Part shown: positions 29,770 to 39,840 of the stretch, one piece after another
How positions within the stretch are numbered: the stretch's first letter is position 1
Layout of the letters: each line of letters opens with the position of its first letter
Origin: Treponemataceae bacterium
GTDB taxonomy: Bacteria; Spirochaetota; Spirochaetia; Treponematales; Rectinemataceae
Length of the DNA stretch: 64,000 nucleotides
Direction: 5' to 3'
Assembly: GCA_963678065.2 (NCBI GenBank)
Contig: CAXXVZ010000002.1
Coordinates: 608,001 to 672,000 of the forward strand
Notes under the pieces: generated by a model
Seen by the model: only the letters and a program-made list of their open reading frames with translations
What the model was told of the DNA's origin: nothing
Database searches by the model: none
Program-made: the position numbers and the translations under genes

Positions 29770-30568
29770 GAATCGCAACCCGCGCGGAATCCGCACTTTC
29801 CGGCGAATCGCAGGGATTGGAGATAGCAAGAAGCCTGAAACCTTGGCGTTCTACGATGGGCCTGCTCATAGGGCTCGCATCAATCGAGAGGAAGCGATAC
29901 CCCCGGGCAATCGCCTCCTTGGCTCGTGCCGCGAGGACAGCCGTGTAGATACCGCGTTTCCGGTATGGTTCCAGTGTTGCACCGCCCCAAATACTCGCAA
30001 AAGGCGATCGCTCAGGAAAATCGATGCGGGCCGCACAGACAGGCTTGCCCTCGGCATACGCGACCCAGGCGCTCATGCGGTCGGGCTCATCGCGCAGAGT
30101 ATCGGCGATCACTTTCATCCAGATTCCGTTATCCCCGGGCCAAGCCTCAGCATTTACCGCGGCGTAATCCTCAAGCCCTTTGGCATCGACAACTTTACGG
30201 ACATCGTGGGTATGATCCGCGACAAGATCCGGGGGCAGGTTTCCCAGATTGAGAGCCATGACGGCCTCATCGTCGCCGACCGTAAAGCCATGCGAGGCGA
30301 GTCGCAATTTGAGATCAGCCGGACGATCATGGGAATACAGCTTCCATTCGAAACGCAGGCCGAGTTTGGAAAAATATGAAAGCTCTCCATCTATGACTGC
30401 GTCAGCATCGGCCTCAGAGAGATCCGAATGGATAACAAAACTGTGCCCTCTCGGATCGAGACTGATCATCCGCAAAATTTTCCCTGCTTTTTCCCGGCGA
30501 CATCGAATATAGTCAGCCTCCAGGCGCTCGTAACGATCATACAGCTCAAGCATCTCGCTAGTGTTCAC
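29759..30568 (-). CDS. GNAT family N-acetyltransferase
   Basis: WGGATLEPYRKRGIY, DASPMSRPIVERQGF; GTG start after GGAGG. Confidence 0.85.
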   Translation of the reverse strand: MNTSEMLELYDRYERLEADYIRCRREKAGKILRMISLDPRGHSFVIHSDLSEADADAVIDGELSYFSKLGLRFEWKLYSHDRPADLKLRLASHGFTVGDDEAVMALNLGNLPPDLVADHTHDVRKVVDAKGLEDYAAVNAEAWPGDNGIWMKVIADTLRDEPDRMSAWVAYAEGKPVCAARIDFPERSPFASIWGGATLEPYRKRGIYTAVLAARAKEAIARGYRFLSIDASPMSRPIVERQGFRLLAISNPCDSPESADSARVAILRN

Positions 30569-30610
30569 GTACTCCCTCCATTGCTTGTCATCGATTCTCG
30601 CGAAACTTCC

Positions 30611-30673
30611 GCCCAACATACGCTTGACCGGCGGAAGCTTGTCCCCCAAGTCCGGTTAACCCGATTGTTCGAT
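30611..30673 (-). repeat. attC-like site (best preserved)
   Basis: Minus strand ATCGAAC...TTAACCGG...CCGGTCAAGCGTAT-GTTGGGC; AAC/GTT cores bracket an imperfect palindrome downstream of the VOC gene. Confidence 0.7.
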
Positions 30674-30711
30674 GTCTATTCCTTTTTTAAAGGCACCATG
30701 ATCGACGATAT

Positions 30712-31134
30712 TTACTTTATCCTCTTCGCGATTGGGTGCTCCTCATTTAATTGAAGCAAATCCCATAAATTCCCATAAAGATCTTCGAAAACCGCGACCA
30801 TCCCATAATCGGCCTCTTTGGGTTGTCTAACGAACTTGATTCCTTTTGAAATCATGCTATCATAATCTCTCCAGAAATCATCTGTATTAAGAAATAAAAA
30901 GACTCTTCCGCCTGACTGGTTCCCTATATACGCCTCTTGTTCCGGTTTGGAAGCCTTGGCAATTAGTAGCGTTGTTCCTACAGATCCAGGTGGTGAAATT
31001 ACCACCCATCGCTTATCATGTTCCGGCTGATAAGTATCTTCGATAAGAACAAAGTTTAGCTTGTTTACATAAAAATCTATTGCTTCATCGTAATCTCTTA
31101 CGACTATCGCGATGTGTACGATTGACTGCTTCAT
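30712..31134 (-). CDS. VOC/glyoxalase family protein
   Basis: VRDYDEAIDFY, YGMVAVFEDLYGNLWDL. Confidence 0.9.
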   Translation of the reverse strand: MKQSIVHIAIVVRDYDEAIDFYVNKLNFVLIEDTYQPEHDKRWVVISPPGSVGTTLLIAKASKPEQEAYIGNQSGGRVFLFLNTDDFWRDYDSMISKGIKFVRQPKEADYGMVAVFEDLYGNLWDLLQLNEEHPIAKRIK

Positions 31135-31279
31135 ACGACACCCCCTTGAATATGTCTTATGGCATGAATCGAATATGTCAGCGCATTATTTCATTTCCTT
31201 CTGGCGAGGGGAGACTCGTCCTCCCGAGTCACGTCGAAACGGTTGCTAGACTTCATCGATGTCGTAGATTGGTCACGGA

Positions 31280-32113
31280 TTAATTTATCAAGAAATCAAT
31301 CGCTCGCTCAGCGATTGAGCGATTCTGAATCAAAGACAGATGGTTACGACCTTCGTTCAGGCTGATGTCAATCGCCTGTGCCGCAGCTGGACACTCTTTA
31401 TTGAGGGCTTCTTTAAATTTCAGCGCGGCCTCTGGCGCTATATGTGTGTCTATAGTGCCAAGCTCCAGGTGCATAGCTGGTGCACGGAAATACGCAGCCC
31501 TATTCGTCATTGGATTCAGGTGCTTGTATAACCACTCTCCAAAAGGAGTTGGCTTACCTTGTTCTATGATTTTTTTATTATCCAGCACATCAGTCATGCC
31601 AGGACGTGTCCAGTCAGGTGTTGATGCAATTGCAGCCACCTTGCTGATTCTTTGATCGATTCCTGCAAGGGCAATTGCAATATCGCCTCCCATTGATACC
31701 CCACCAGCAACTACATTGCCATTAAGATTATACGTACGTATTGCCCAATCAATAATTCGGTATGTGTCAAGCGTTGTGATCCCCAGAATTGGCCACATAA
31801 TCGCACGAAAGTCCTTAAAAACACGAGTTCTGATGCTCGGATTTTTAGTACCTGTACGGTCGCCGTGTTGCCAAGGATCGAGACTGAGAGCAACGTATCC
31901 GGCTGAAGCAAGTTGCTGAAGCTCATGAATCCCTGTTTCTTTATTTCCACCAAGATAAGGTATCCATACAGCGAGCGAACCGTTGGCAACACTCTCGTTT
32001 GGTTGATAAACGGCTACAGGAACATCATCAACATTGATCACCTCTATCCTGTGCTTATTGCTTTTTTTTCTTTCCGTCGTAGTTTCCTTTTTGTCGTTCT
32101 TTTGATCACTCAT
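31280..32113 (-). CDS. Alpha/beta hydrolase
   Basis: GVSMGG nucleophile elbow, DPWQHGDR. Confidence 0.8.
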   Translation of the reverse strand: MSDQKNDKKETTTERKKSNKHRIEVINVDDVPVAVYQPNESVANGSLAVWIPYLGGNKETGIHELQQLASAGYVALSLDPWQHGDRTGTKNPSIRTRVFKDFRAIMWPILGITTLDTYRIIDWAIRTYNLNGNVVAGGVSMGGDIAIALAGIDQRISKVAAIASTPDWTRPGMTDVLDNKKIIEQGKPTPFGEWLYKHLNPMTNRAAYFRAPAMHLELGTIDTHIAPEAALKFKEALNKECPAAAQAIDISLNEGRNHLSLIQNRSIAERAIDFLIN

Positions 32114-32118
32114 TTTCG

Positions 32119-32568
32119 CTAATTGATATCGCCCCAATATACTTCTGGGTATTGGCATTTAATTCTCTCGACCAAAACTTTCGGATATACTCTATGTCGC
32201 ATACTCTCATCGATTTCTATCCATTCAATCCCGTTTTGCCCATCATCAATATGATTTGCTTTACTCTTATCCGGTGAAGAAATCAAGGTGCATTCGAACA
32301 TATACTCTACCTGGTGATTATTATCGATTGCACCGAATTCATGATTCTTTCCAATATACTCTCTTATGAATAAAAGTTTCCCAACACTGATTTCTGCTCC
32401 CAACTCTTCCATGCATTCCCGCTTTACGGTATCCACAAATGTTTCATTTTTTTCTTGTCCTCCTCCAGGAAGAATATAGTAGTAACCATCACTGTCACTT
32501 TTTCTTGTACACAAAAGCTTGTTATTCTCGATTATTATCGCTTTCACGGAATTTCTGACTGGATACAT
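32119..32568 (-). CDS. NUDIX hydrolase
   Basis: PGGGQEKNETFVDTVKRECMEELG. Confidence 0.9.
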   Translation of the reverse strand: MYPVRNSVKAIIIENNKLLCTRKSDSDGYYYILPGGGQEKNETFVDTVKRECMEELGAEISVGKLLFIREYIGKNHEFGAIDNNHQVEYMFECTLISSPDKSKANHIDDGQNGIEWIEIDESMRHRVYPKVLVERIKCQYPEVYWGDIN

Positions 32569-32589
32569 TTGATCTCCCTAAAATTGATT

Positions 32590-32931
32590 TCAAATTTGCT
32601 GTTCATTCTCGACAAAAATAGCGGACATGCACTTTCCATTAAGAAATTCCAATGCCGACTTTATCTCACATTCAGTGCAATTATACATGATCTTTATTTC
32701 TGCATCGTTTTTCTTACTATCAACTGTACAAATAATTCCTTGAATGATGTTACTGCACAGACTTCCTACAAAAATATCAATTCCACCACCATCAACAGTT
32801 GTGGTTTTTTCTAAATATCCATAATCAAGTGGGTATATCATTTCTGAATACCTTGGATGAGAATTACCTTTACGTCTATCAATTACGATTTGATGGTCCT
32901 TAACCAATCTGCCCAAAGCTTCCCAATACAC
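32590..32931 (-). CDS. Short inorganic-pyrophosphatase-like protein
   Basis: YPLDYGYLEKT..VDGGGIDIF. Confidence 0.75.
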   Translation of the reverse strand: MYWEALGRLVKDHQIVIDRRKGNSHPRYSEMIYPLDYGYLEKTTTVDGGGIDIFVGSLCSNIIQGIICTVDSKKNDAEIKIMYNCTECEIKSALEFLNGKCMSAIFVENEQQI

Positions 32932-32956
32932 TTCTTACCCCCTGCGCGAAGCGTCC

Positions 32957-33047
32957 ATCTTACTGATACTTAATCGGCAACGCGAACATGGCGCGGTTCG
33001 TGCCAAACGAAGCGACAGCACGCAACCATGCCATAGCGTTGTCAGAA
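32957..33047 (-). repeat. Degenerate attC-like site downstream of TenA
   Basis: Preceded by GCGCGAAGCGTC; CTTAATCGGC...palindrome...AGCGTTGTCAG. Confidence 0.45.
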
Positions 33048-33058
33048 GGTGACTGCTG

Positions 33059-33892
33059 TCACTCGATCCACTTCACCCCCCTGTAAACACCATCCCAAAA
33101 AATGTATTCCAGCTTCATTGCGGTTACATACGCTTTTTCCATTTTCAGCCTGTTTTCGTCGGTTGTCGCCCGCATATGCTTCTCGACGAAATCGATAACC
33201 TTCTTGGTCTCGCTGGTTTCCCAGGGAGCCTCCCTATATCCGTCGATCCATCCCTGGTATTTGCCGCCCTTCTCTTTTGCCAACTGGCTCATATCAACAC
33301 CAAGCTGGTAATAAATCCAGCGGCAGGGCAAAGTGGCCATCAAGCCCACCTCAAAAGGCTCGAGCGTCGCGGTCTTGACGAGAAAAGAGTTGTAAAACTC
33401 CGTGCTGGGATAGAGGGGTGAGTTTATCAACTCCTCTCTACCTATATTGAATTTTTCAATATAGGTATTGTGAATCTGTTCGATTTCTTCGTCTATTTCG
33501 TTAATCAAGTTCACGATGACCTTCATCGCCGTCTCGTCCGGGGCTTTTGCGAGCAGAATCCCATAAACTTTCTTGTAGTTTTGGAGATAAAGATAATCTT
33601 GAATGATGTAGTTTTTGAACACTTGCTCGTCGAGTTCGCCGCTGAGCAACTCCTGGTTGAAGGGTAGGTTCAGGATTTTCCGGTAGAACGTGAAATTTTC
33701 ATCCCAAATCAGCAGCGTAAAACTTCCCGAACGATTCAGCTTGTCCGCAATGGTGGTCATGATTTCGACCATCTCATCCCGGCGCGCGTTGGGGTCCGGC
33801 TTCGGACACGGCCCCTCGGCTTGGATCTGCCTGCCGAACAGCAGGCATAGGATCATCCATACAATGGAGAACAATTGCCGGTTCTTCATCAT
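33059..33892 (-). CDS. TenA (thiaminase II) family protein with signal peptide
   Basis: YIIQDYLYL, LPC, YQGWIDGY, EYIFWD. Confidence 0.8.
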   Translation of the reverse strand: MMKNRQLFSIVWMILCLLFGRQIQAEGPCPKPDPNARRDEMVEIMTTIADKLNRSGSFTLLIWDENFTFYRKILNLPFNQELLSGELDEQVFKNYIIQDYLYLQNYKKVYGILLAKAPDETAMKVIVNLINEIDEEIEQIHNTYIEKFNIGREELINSPLYPSTEFYNSFLVKTATLEPFEVGLMATLPCRWIYYQLGVDMSQLAKEKGGKYQGWIDGYREAPWETSETKKVIDFVEKHMRATTDENRLKMEKAYVTAMKLEYIFWDGVYRGVKWIE

Positions 33893-34402
33893 ACAACTCC
33901 CTTTTTGATCACAGATTATGTTGGTGAACATACGCTTAACCTTCTATGAGAAACGCAGTCAAGCAGCTTCCCCCATATCGTTCATGACCCGATTCATCTC
34001 CCGCATTTTTCGTCCACGTTTGTTCAGCCCTTCTCTTTTATATAGTCTGATATTCTATCAAATCGCTCTGCCCAAATACATCCGTAATAATTCGCAGGAA
34101 TTTCCTGTATATCATTGATTGAGCCAAATCCCCCAGACCACGGTCCTTTTTTCTTCACAACTACTATCCTGGTATAGGCACTATTCATTTTTTTGATAAT
34201 TGCTACTGCTTCATCATTTCCAAAAACTCTTCCCCTGGGAATTCCTTGATAACATCATCAAATGGCGGCATTAATCCAATACCAGTATTTCGTAGGGGCA
34301 TAAATAATGGCTACGATATTTGTATCCCATTTCACTTTCTCAATGTCAAAGGTTTGTGCAAGCCCTCAAGGTCGATCGAGATGCTAGATTTCTACCTTCT
34401 TG

Positions 34403-35230
34403 TCAAATCATCAAACAGACCATTTCCAACAGATGGTCACCCATTTCTTGATCTCCTTCTACCGTAACCTTTCTTTCGAATAAGCTGCTATTGAACCGCG
34501 TAAAAACCTTCCAGGCGATGTTCTGATCAATGACGATTCTTGTGTCACCCGATTTTCCGCTCTTGCGCAGAAGTATTCTTTCGCCGTCCATCCACTCAAG
34601 GAACCACTTACCTCCGGCAATACCAACTACCTCGACCTCAAGGAGATATCCATTTTCTCTGGTGAAACATCTGTAGTGATGAGGCAATGCTTCCATGAAA
34701 GTATCAAGAACCGGATAATACAGTTCTTTGGTAAGAAGACCAGACCTTCCTAAGGCTTCCCGGACCTGCATCTGATGATGCCACCGTTCAGTGTATTCAC
34801 GCGCAATGTCAAACCAATTGCAGGACTCAGTCTGACCTGCCCAGGCGACCGGATTGACTGCCTTCTGATCGGGGTCAAGTCTTTCCAGAAAGAGCATGAG
34901 ATCCTCTTGGTACTTTTCAACAAGCTCAACCAAAATACTGGGACTCACGACAGTGAAAGCATTGGCCCATCGATCTGCCAACTCTGTGATGTGTCTGATC
35001 AGATCATCGTAGGTTTGGATAGTTATTTTTTGCGGTGCTTCATAGTTGTCTCTTTGTGCAGAGAGCCGACGCACGGATGTATCGAGCAAATGTGCGACGA
35101 TATCTTTCACCTTCCAGTTCGGAAAGTTGGTATCAGCCATCCATTCCTCTGCGTGCAGGCTTGCGAGCAATTCGGTGAGATGAAGATTGAGTTTCCGAAA
35201 TACATGGATTGTTTCAACCTTGTAGGACAT
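34403..35230 (-). CDS. MDMPI_N/DinB-like metalloprotein
   Basis: WKVKDIVAHL, EYTERWHHQMQVR. Confidence 0.75.
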   Translation of the reverse strand: MSYKVETIHVFRKLNLHLTELLASLHAEEWMADTNFPNWKVKDIVAHLLDTSVRRLSAQRDNYEAPQKITIQTYDDLIRHITELADRWANAFTVVSPSILVELVEKYQEDLMLFLERLDPDQKAVNPVAWAGQTESCNWFDIAREYTERWHHQMQVREALGRSGLLTKELYYPVLDTFMEALPHHYRCFTRENGYLLEVEVVGIAGGKWFLEWMDGERILLRKSGKSGDTRIVIDQNIAWKVFTRFNSSLFERKVTVEGDQEMGDHLLEMVCLMI

Positions 35231-35268
35231 GCTTTTTTTCCTCTTTCTTTCCCCCACCTGGAGGGTCA

Positions 35269-35333
35269 ATCTTGCATACGCTTAGCCGGCGAGCGGATTT
35301 GCCCCGCGAGTCCGGCTGAAGAGATTATTGAGT
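35269..35333 (-). repeat. attC-like site
   Basis: + strand CATACGCTTAGCCGG...CCGGCTGAAGAGATTATTG; ends 4 nt from the phosphatase stop codon. Confidence 0.6.
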
Positions 35334-35337
35334 ATCT

Positions 35338-35886
35338 TCATTTTTCGCATTTGATAATATCCAGATTTCGTATTCGTCCATTCATTTTGTATTTCCAGCC
35401 TTTTTTTCTCAACATCTTCAGCATAATCCTGAAATAAAATCCATGGCCGACTATGGTTGCATCTTCATATCTACTCACGGTCTTCAGTATTTCATCAATT
35501 TCTTTTTCTACTATGTTACGATTCCTGGTTTGCCTTTCATTATTAAAATACCATTGCACTCTTCCATACATCATCCATTTCCATAATGGTTTTTCCTCAG
35601 GTGTACTGGTGTATGGTAAAACCGGAACTTCATCCAATTCATGCATGCTTAATTGTTGCTTATCCGGAAATAATTGCATTCCGGTTTCGATTGATCTTTT
35701 CAATTTGCTTGTAAGGATAATGCTTTCATCAGGTACAATACTTTGAATATGCGCAATTGTTTTTTTATCGATGGATTCTATATCAGCAGCATCATAACCT
35801 GAACATGCTAATGAAAAAGTATCTGAATTATACTTTTCGTCCCATGAATACTTGACCTTTGCATGTCGGATTAACGTCAATATCAC
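35338..35886 (-). CDS. Histidine phosphatase family protein
   Basis: LIRHA, SKLKRSIET, VGHG. Confidence 0.8.
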   Translation of the reverse strand: MILTLIRHAKVKYSWDEKYNSDTFSLACSGYDAADIESIDKKTIAHIQSIVPDESIILTSKLKRSIETGMQLFPDKQQLSMHELDEVPVLPYTSTPEEKPLWKWMMYGRVQWYFNNERQTRNRNIVEKEIDEILKTVSRYEDATIVGHGFYFRIMLKMLRKKGWKYKMNGRIRNLDIIKCEK

Positions 35887-36108
35887 AGGTTCCTCTTTTC
35901 AGACAGATTAAGACAATCGCGTGTAGCGTCTACCCAACATACGCATAACCTTCTATGAGAGGCACGGTCAAGTCGCATATTGTATTCGCAAAATCTAGTT
36001 TATCCTTTTCCTGAATGCTTTTTGATTTATACAGCAATACTACTTCGGGACATAAAAATGGAATACCGTTATAGGTCAAACATATTTATCCTCTGCGCGG
36101 GAGCGTCA

Positions 36109-36216
36109 ATCTACCATACGCTTGACCGGTAATCCAGGCCCGGCGAGATTCTTGCTCCAAGGCTCAAGCAAGAATTTCGCCGGGGCGGATCGTCAAGGCT
36201 GAAACGATTGCCAGAT
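36109..36216 (-). repeat. Long attC-like site
   Basis: + strand TCTACCATACGCTTGACCGG, inner stem CCGGCGAGATTCTTGCT/AGCAAGAATTTCGCCGG, GGCTGAAACGATTGCCAGAT. Confidence 0.6.
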
Positions 36217-36282
36217 CGCCTCTCCTGATGCTAAATAATCCTCATAATACTTTTTTTTCATATGGTCAAATCCGCTCACTAA

Positions 36283-37590
36283 GGCAATGCGTCAAAATAA
36301 CTTGACTAATATATTGATTATATTATAATGAAGTATGCAAGATCAGGCAACGGTAAAACAAATAGCTTCCAAGTACAACGCACTTGTGCCCATGATGGAT
36401 GAACGAATGCGACGTCAATGGGCGGCGGCTGAAGCAAGAGCGTATGGTCGTGGTGGGATACAGGCAGTCAATACCGCGATTAAGATGTCGCCGAACACAA
36501 TACGCAAAGGAATGAATGAGCTGGCATTACGCGAAAGTAATCCGCACGAGAAGATACGCACTCGCGTACGTTTCCCAGGCGGTGGAAGAAAACGATGCAG
36601 TGAAAACGATCCCGAGTTAAGGGAAAAACTTACGAGCTTAATTGAACCAATGACACGGGGTGATCCAGAGTCGCCACTACAGTGGACGTGCCTGAGCACC
36701 AGTAATCTTGCAGATACGCTTACACGACAAGGGCACACAGTAAGCCCGCGCACGGTTGGACGGCTACTGAACGCGGAAGGCTACAGTCTACAGAGCAATC
36801 GGAAGACCAAAGAAGGAACGTCGCATCCGGATCGAAATGCGCAGTTTGAGTATATCAACACCATGGTCAAGCGGTTTCAGCGTAAAGGGAATCCAGTTAT
36901 CTCGGTAGATACGAAAAAGAAAGAATTGATTGGGGAATTTCGAAATGGAGGACGAGAATGGCGTCCCAAAGGTGAACCGGAATCTGTAATGGTTCATGAC
37001 TTCATTGATACAGAGCTGGGCAAGGCCATACCATACGGAGTCTTCGATATAAGCGAAAACAAGGGCTGGGTCAGTGTAGGAATCGACCACGATACCGCAC
37101 ATTTTGCTGCCGAAGCCATCCGACGTTGGTGGGAAAAAATGGGTGTGAAACGGTATCGTACTGCAAAAGAATTGCTGATTACCGCTGATGGTGGTGGCAG
37201 CAACGGTAGTCGATGTCGGCTCTGGAAACTTGCATTGCACGAATTAGCGAATCAGCTTGGAATGTCAATTCACGTGTGTCACTTTCCACCAGGTACCAGC
37301 AAATGGAATAAAATCGAGCACCGAATGTTTTGCCATATCACTCAGAACTGGCGAGGCCGACCGTTGATTAGCCACGAGGTAATTATTCAATTGATTGCAA
37401 ATACAACCACTGCAGCGGGACTGAAAATATGCGCAGAATTGGATTCAGGTTCGTATCCACTCGGGATCAAGGTTAGTGATGAAGAACTTGCTGCCCTGAA
37501 CATTAAGCAGGCAAAATTCCATGGCGATTGGAACTATGCTTTGCTTCCGACTAAAGAATAAAAGCAGTCAAATTATTTTGGCGCGATGCC
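36283..37590 (+). mobile_element. ISAzo13-family insertion sequence
   Basis: TIRs GGCAATGCGTCAAAATAACTTGAC / GTCAAATTATTTTGGCGCGATGCC; TAA on both flanks. Confidence 0.9.
36335..37561 (+). CDS. ISAzo13 transposase
   Basis: SVDTKKKELIG, TADGGGSNG, PPGTSKWNKIEHR, FHGDWNY. Confidence 0.95.
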   Translation: MQDQATVKQIASKYNALVPMMDERMRRQWAAAEARAYGRGGIQAVNTAIKMSPNTIRKGMNELALRESNPHEKIRTRVRFPGGGRKRCSENDPELREKLTSLIEPMTRGDPESPLQWTCLSTSNLADTLTRQGHTVSPRTVGRLLNAEGYSLQSNRKTKEGTSHPDRNAQFEYINTMVKRFQRKGNPVISVDTKKKELIGEFRNGGREWRPKGEPESVMVHDFIDTELGKAIPYGVFDISENKGWVSVGIDHDTAHFAAEAIRRWWEKMGVKRYRTAKELLITADGGGSNGSRCRLWKLALHELANQLGMSIHVCHFPPGTSKWNKIEHRMFCHITQNWRGRPLISHEVIIQLIANTTTAAGLKICAELDSGSYPLGIKVSDEELAALNIKQAKFHGDWNYALLPTKE

Positions 37591-37649
37591 TAAATGAAGC
37601 AATGGGAATGGCATATCTGCTTCCTTTCATGTTGAAACGCTTGCTAGAA

Positions 37650-38195
37650 TCACAGTGTTTCCAGGTATTCTCTTGTCATTCTTGGATTCTTGAATACTAT
37701 GAATTCTTTGTTTTTATAAGGATTTTCCTTTATCATCAGAGAATACTGTTCTTTCCTCTTTCTATACGTGTTCCATGCCCAGAACACTATCGCGTCTTTA
37801 GCCAGAAATGAATTGTAGAATGTCTCTCGGTTACCAGACCACAACTCTTCTTTTGTGACTATTCTAGTTATTGTTCTTTTAATTACTCTCCACATCACAA
37901 CTACTCTGCTATAATCAAGCCATATTACCGTATTTACACTTCCCCATGTTAAGTCTTTAACTTTATTGTAATTACCATGAATAATGTATCCAGAAGCATT
38001 TTCAATTTCTTTTATTATCTTCTCTCTGAATTCATCCGGTTCTGACTGTCTCCACTTCTCCTTCCAAAAGAGCGCATCTAGTTCTATGTCCTTAATTCCA
38101 AGTTTTTTACTCAGATTTCTGGCCAGTGTAGTTTTGCCAGATCCGCTAGTGCCAACGATGAGAATCTTTGAATTGCTATCAAATTTCTTTTTCAT
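37650..38195 (-). CDS. Adenylate-kinase-like/FlaR-type P-loop protein
   Basis: IVGTSGSGKTT, ELDALFW, HGNY, VIWLD. Confidence 0.8.
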   Translation of the reverse strand: MKKKFDSNSKILIVGTSGSGKTTLARNLSKKLGIKDIELDALFWKEKWRQSEPDEFREKIIKEIENASGYIIHGNYNKVKDLTWGSVNTVIWLDYSRVVVMWRVIKRTITRIVTKEELWSGNRETFYNSFLAKDAIVFWAWNTYRKRKEQYSLMIKENPYKNKEFIVFKNPRMTREYLETL

Positions 38196-38219
38196 TCTAT
38201 ACTTCTTGCGCGCGGCGTC

Positions 38220-38288
38220 AGGATAGCATTTCCTTCAACATGATTGCCAGGCTTGTCCTGGCAATCATGTTGAAGGAAATGGTAGACG
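38220..38288 (-). repeat. attC-like site with perfect 25-bp inverted repeat
   Basis: CATTTCCTTCAACATGATTGCCAGG-CTTGT-CCTGGCAATCATGTTGAAGGAAATG. Confidence 0.65.
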
Positions 38289-38445
38289 TTTTTTGGTATA
38301 TCAAATTATAAATCACGCTCCACAAGTTCTTTGAGTGTCTTCAAAACAATATTCTCCTCTTCTGGTTCCTGATTTGTATTCTCAATACTTCTATTGTCAA
38401 TTTTAGTTATCATAAGAGTTGTCTCATTGTTTTTTTCTTCTAACT

Positions 38446-39840
38446 GAGGCTCTTTCAAAAGTCATGAGATGAACGAATTTTAATGAAAAGCGGGGACAGA
38501 ACCTGTATGATGATGTTGCAACACAAACGTCACCAGGAGGAGCCCCCGCTGATGAAAACCATACCAGAAATACTGGGCGGAGCGCAAATACTTTTGCCGA
38601 TTTCCTACGATATCCAGCGATGTTTCGAAGAATATCTCACCGACGAGCATCGCTTTTTTATCGCCCTGCTCAGAGTCATTGAAGATGCTCAGCCACGGAT
38701 TACATCACCATGTGCACGGACTGGCCGTCCTCCACATCGGAACGAACCGATCATGCGGGCGTTTTTCGCCCGTACTGTATTCCACATAGCGACAGTCACG
38801 GACCTTAGGAACAGGCTGATCAACGATCCGAATCTGCGGAGGATATGCGGCTTCACCTCCGTTCCAAGCTCTGCGACCTTTTCGCGTCGCTACGCGGAGT
38901 TTTCAAAAAAGACTCCGCTGATTCAGACTTTGAATACCATGGTGAAGGATTGTCATGACGGCCATATCGTCGGACACATAAATCGGGATGCGACGGAGAT
39001 ACGAGCACGAGAAAAACCTGTACCTGCCAAACGTGAAGCTGTTTCTTCCGTGACACCGCAACGGAAACGAGGTCGTCCCCGAAAAGGAGAAGTTCGGCCT
39101 GTGAAGGAGCCGACACAGATAGAAAAGCAAGTCGGCCAAAGCGTCAGGAAATCCTTGTCAGAACTATCCAAAGACTGTGCATGGGGATGCAAGAAGAACA
39201 GCCAGGGGAATAGGGAAACATGGAAAGGATACAAGTTGCACCTTGATGTCAGCGACACAGGATTCCCTATTTCAGCAGTCGTAACCGGCGCCAATGTTCA
39301 TGATTCGCAAGTAGCGATTCCTCTGGAAAAGATAACAGAGAAAAAGGTCCGACATCTGTATTCAGTCATGGACGCTGCATACGATGCGGATCCCATCGCG
39401 ACCTATATCCAGGGACGTGGGCGTGTTCCGCTGATTGATCGGAATACGCGTCGTGGGACGGAACGGGAACCATTTTCGCCGTCACAGAAGGAGCGGTACA
39501 CAATCAGGACAACGGTTGAACGTGCAAACTCGCATTTGAAGGATTGGCTCATACCGGGTCAGATATTTGTACGGGGATTTGAGAAAGTATCATTCCTGCT
39601 CATGTGCGGGGTAGTGGTTCTGGCGGCCATCAAGGCTTTGCAGTACTCCATCCTTCCCGAACTGCAGAAATCGTAACCTGGTAATCCGACAGAACCGGGT
39701 TTTGTAGGCGTAGTCCATCTTTTGCACTGAAAAGAGAGCCCTTTTTACTGCACATGTAATTTTTACTGTGCAAAAACGAAGCTTCAGTTACAATAACTCG
39801 CTTTTTTACAAAGCGGATTACGAAGTTTTGAAAAAGCCTC
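38446..39840 (+). mobile_element. IS5/IS1182-like insertion sequence, copy 2
   Basis: TIRs GAGGCTCTTTCAAAA / TTTTGAAAAAGCCTC; 4-bp target duplication AACT. Confidence 0.92.
38483..39676 (+). CDS. DDE transposase, near-identical to 8422-9618
   Basis: Same protein except F/S near the C-terminus. Confidence 0.9.
   Translation: MKSGDRTCMMMLQHKRHQEEPPLMKTIPEILGGAQILLPISYDIQRCFEEYLTDEHRFFIALLRVIEDAQPRITSPCARTGRPPHRNEPIMRAFFARTVFHIATVTDLRNRLINDPNLRRICGFTSVPSSATFSRRYAEFSKKTPLIQTLNTMVKDCHDGHIVGHINRDATEIRAREKPVPAKREAVSSVTPQRKRGRPRKGEVRPVKEPTQIEKQVGQSVRKSLSELSKDCAWGCKKNSQGNRETWKGYKLHLDVSDTGFPISAVVTGANVHDSQVAIPLEKITEKKVRHLYSVMDAAYDADPIATYIQGRGRVPLIDRNTRRGTEREPFSPSQKERYTIRTTVERANSHLKDWLIPGQIFVRGFEKVSFLLMCGVVVLAAIKALQYSILPELQKS

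Noticed and set aside
33965..34330. Possible decayed cassette ORF between TenA and MDMPI genes
   Set aside because: Coding-like but interrupted and unassignable
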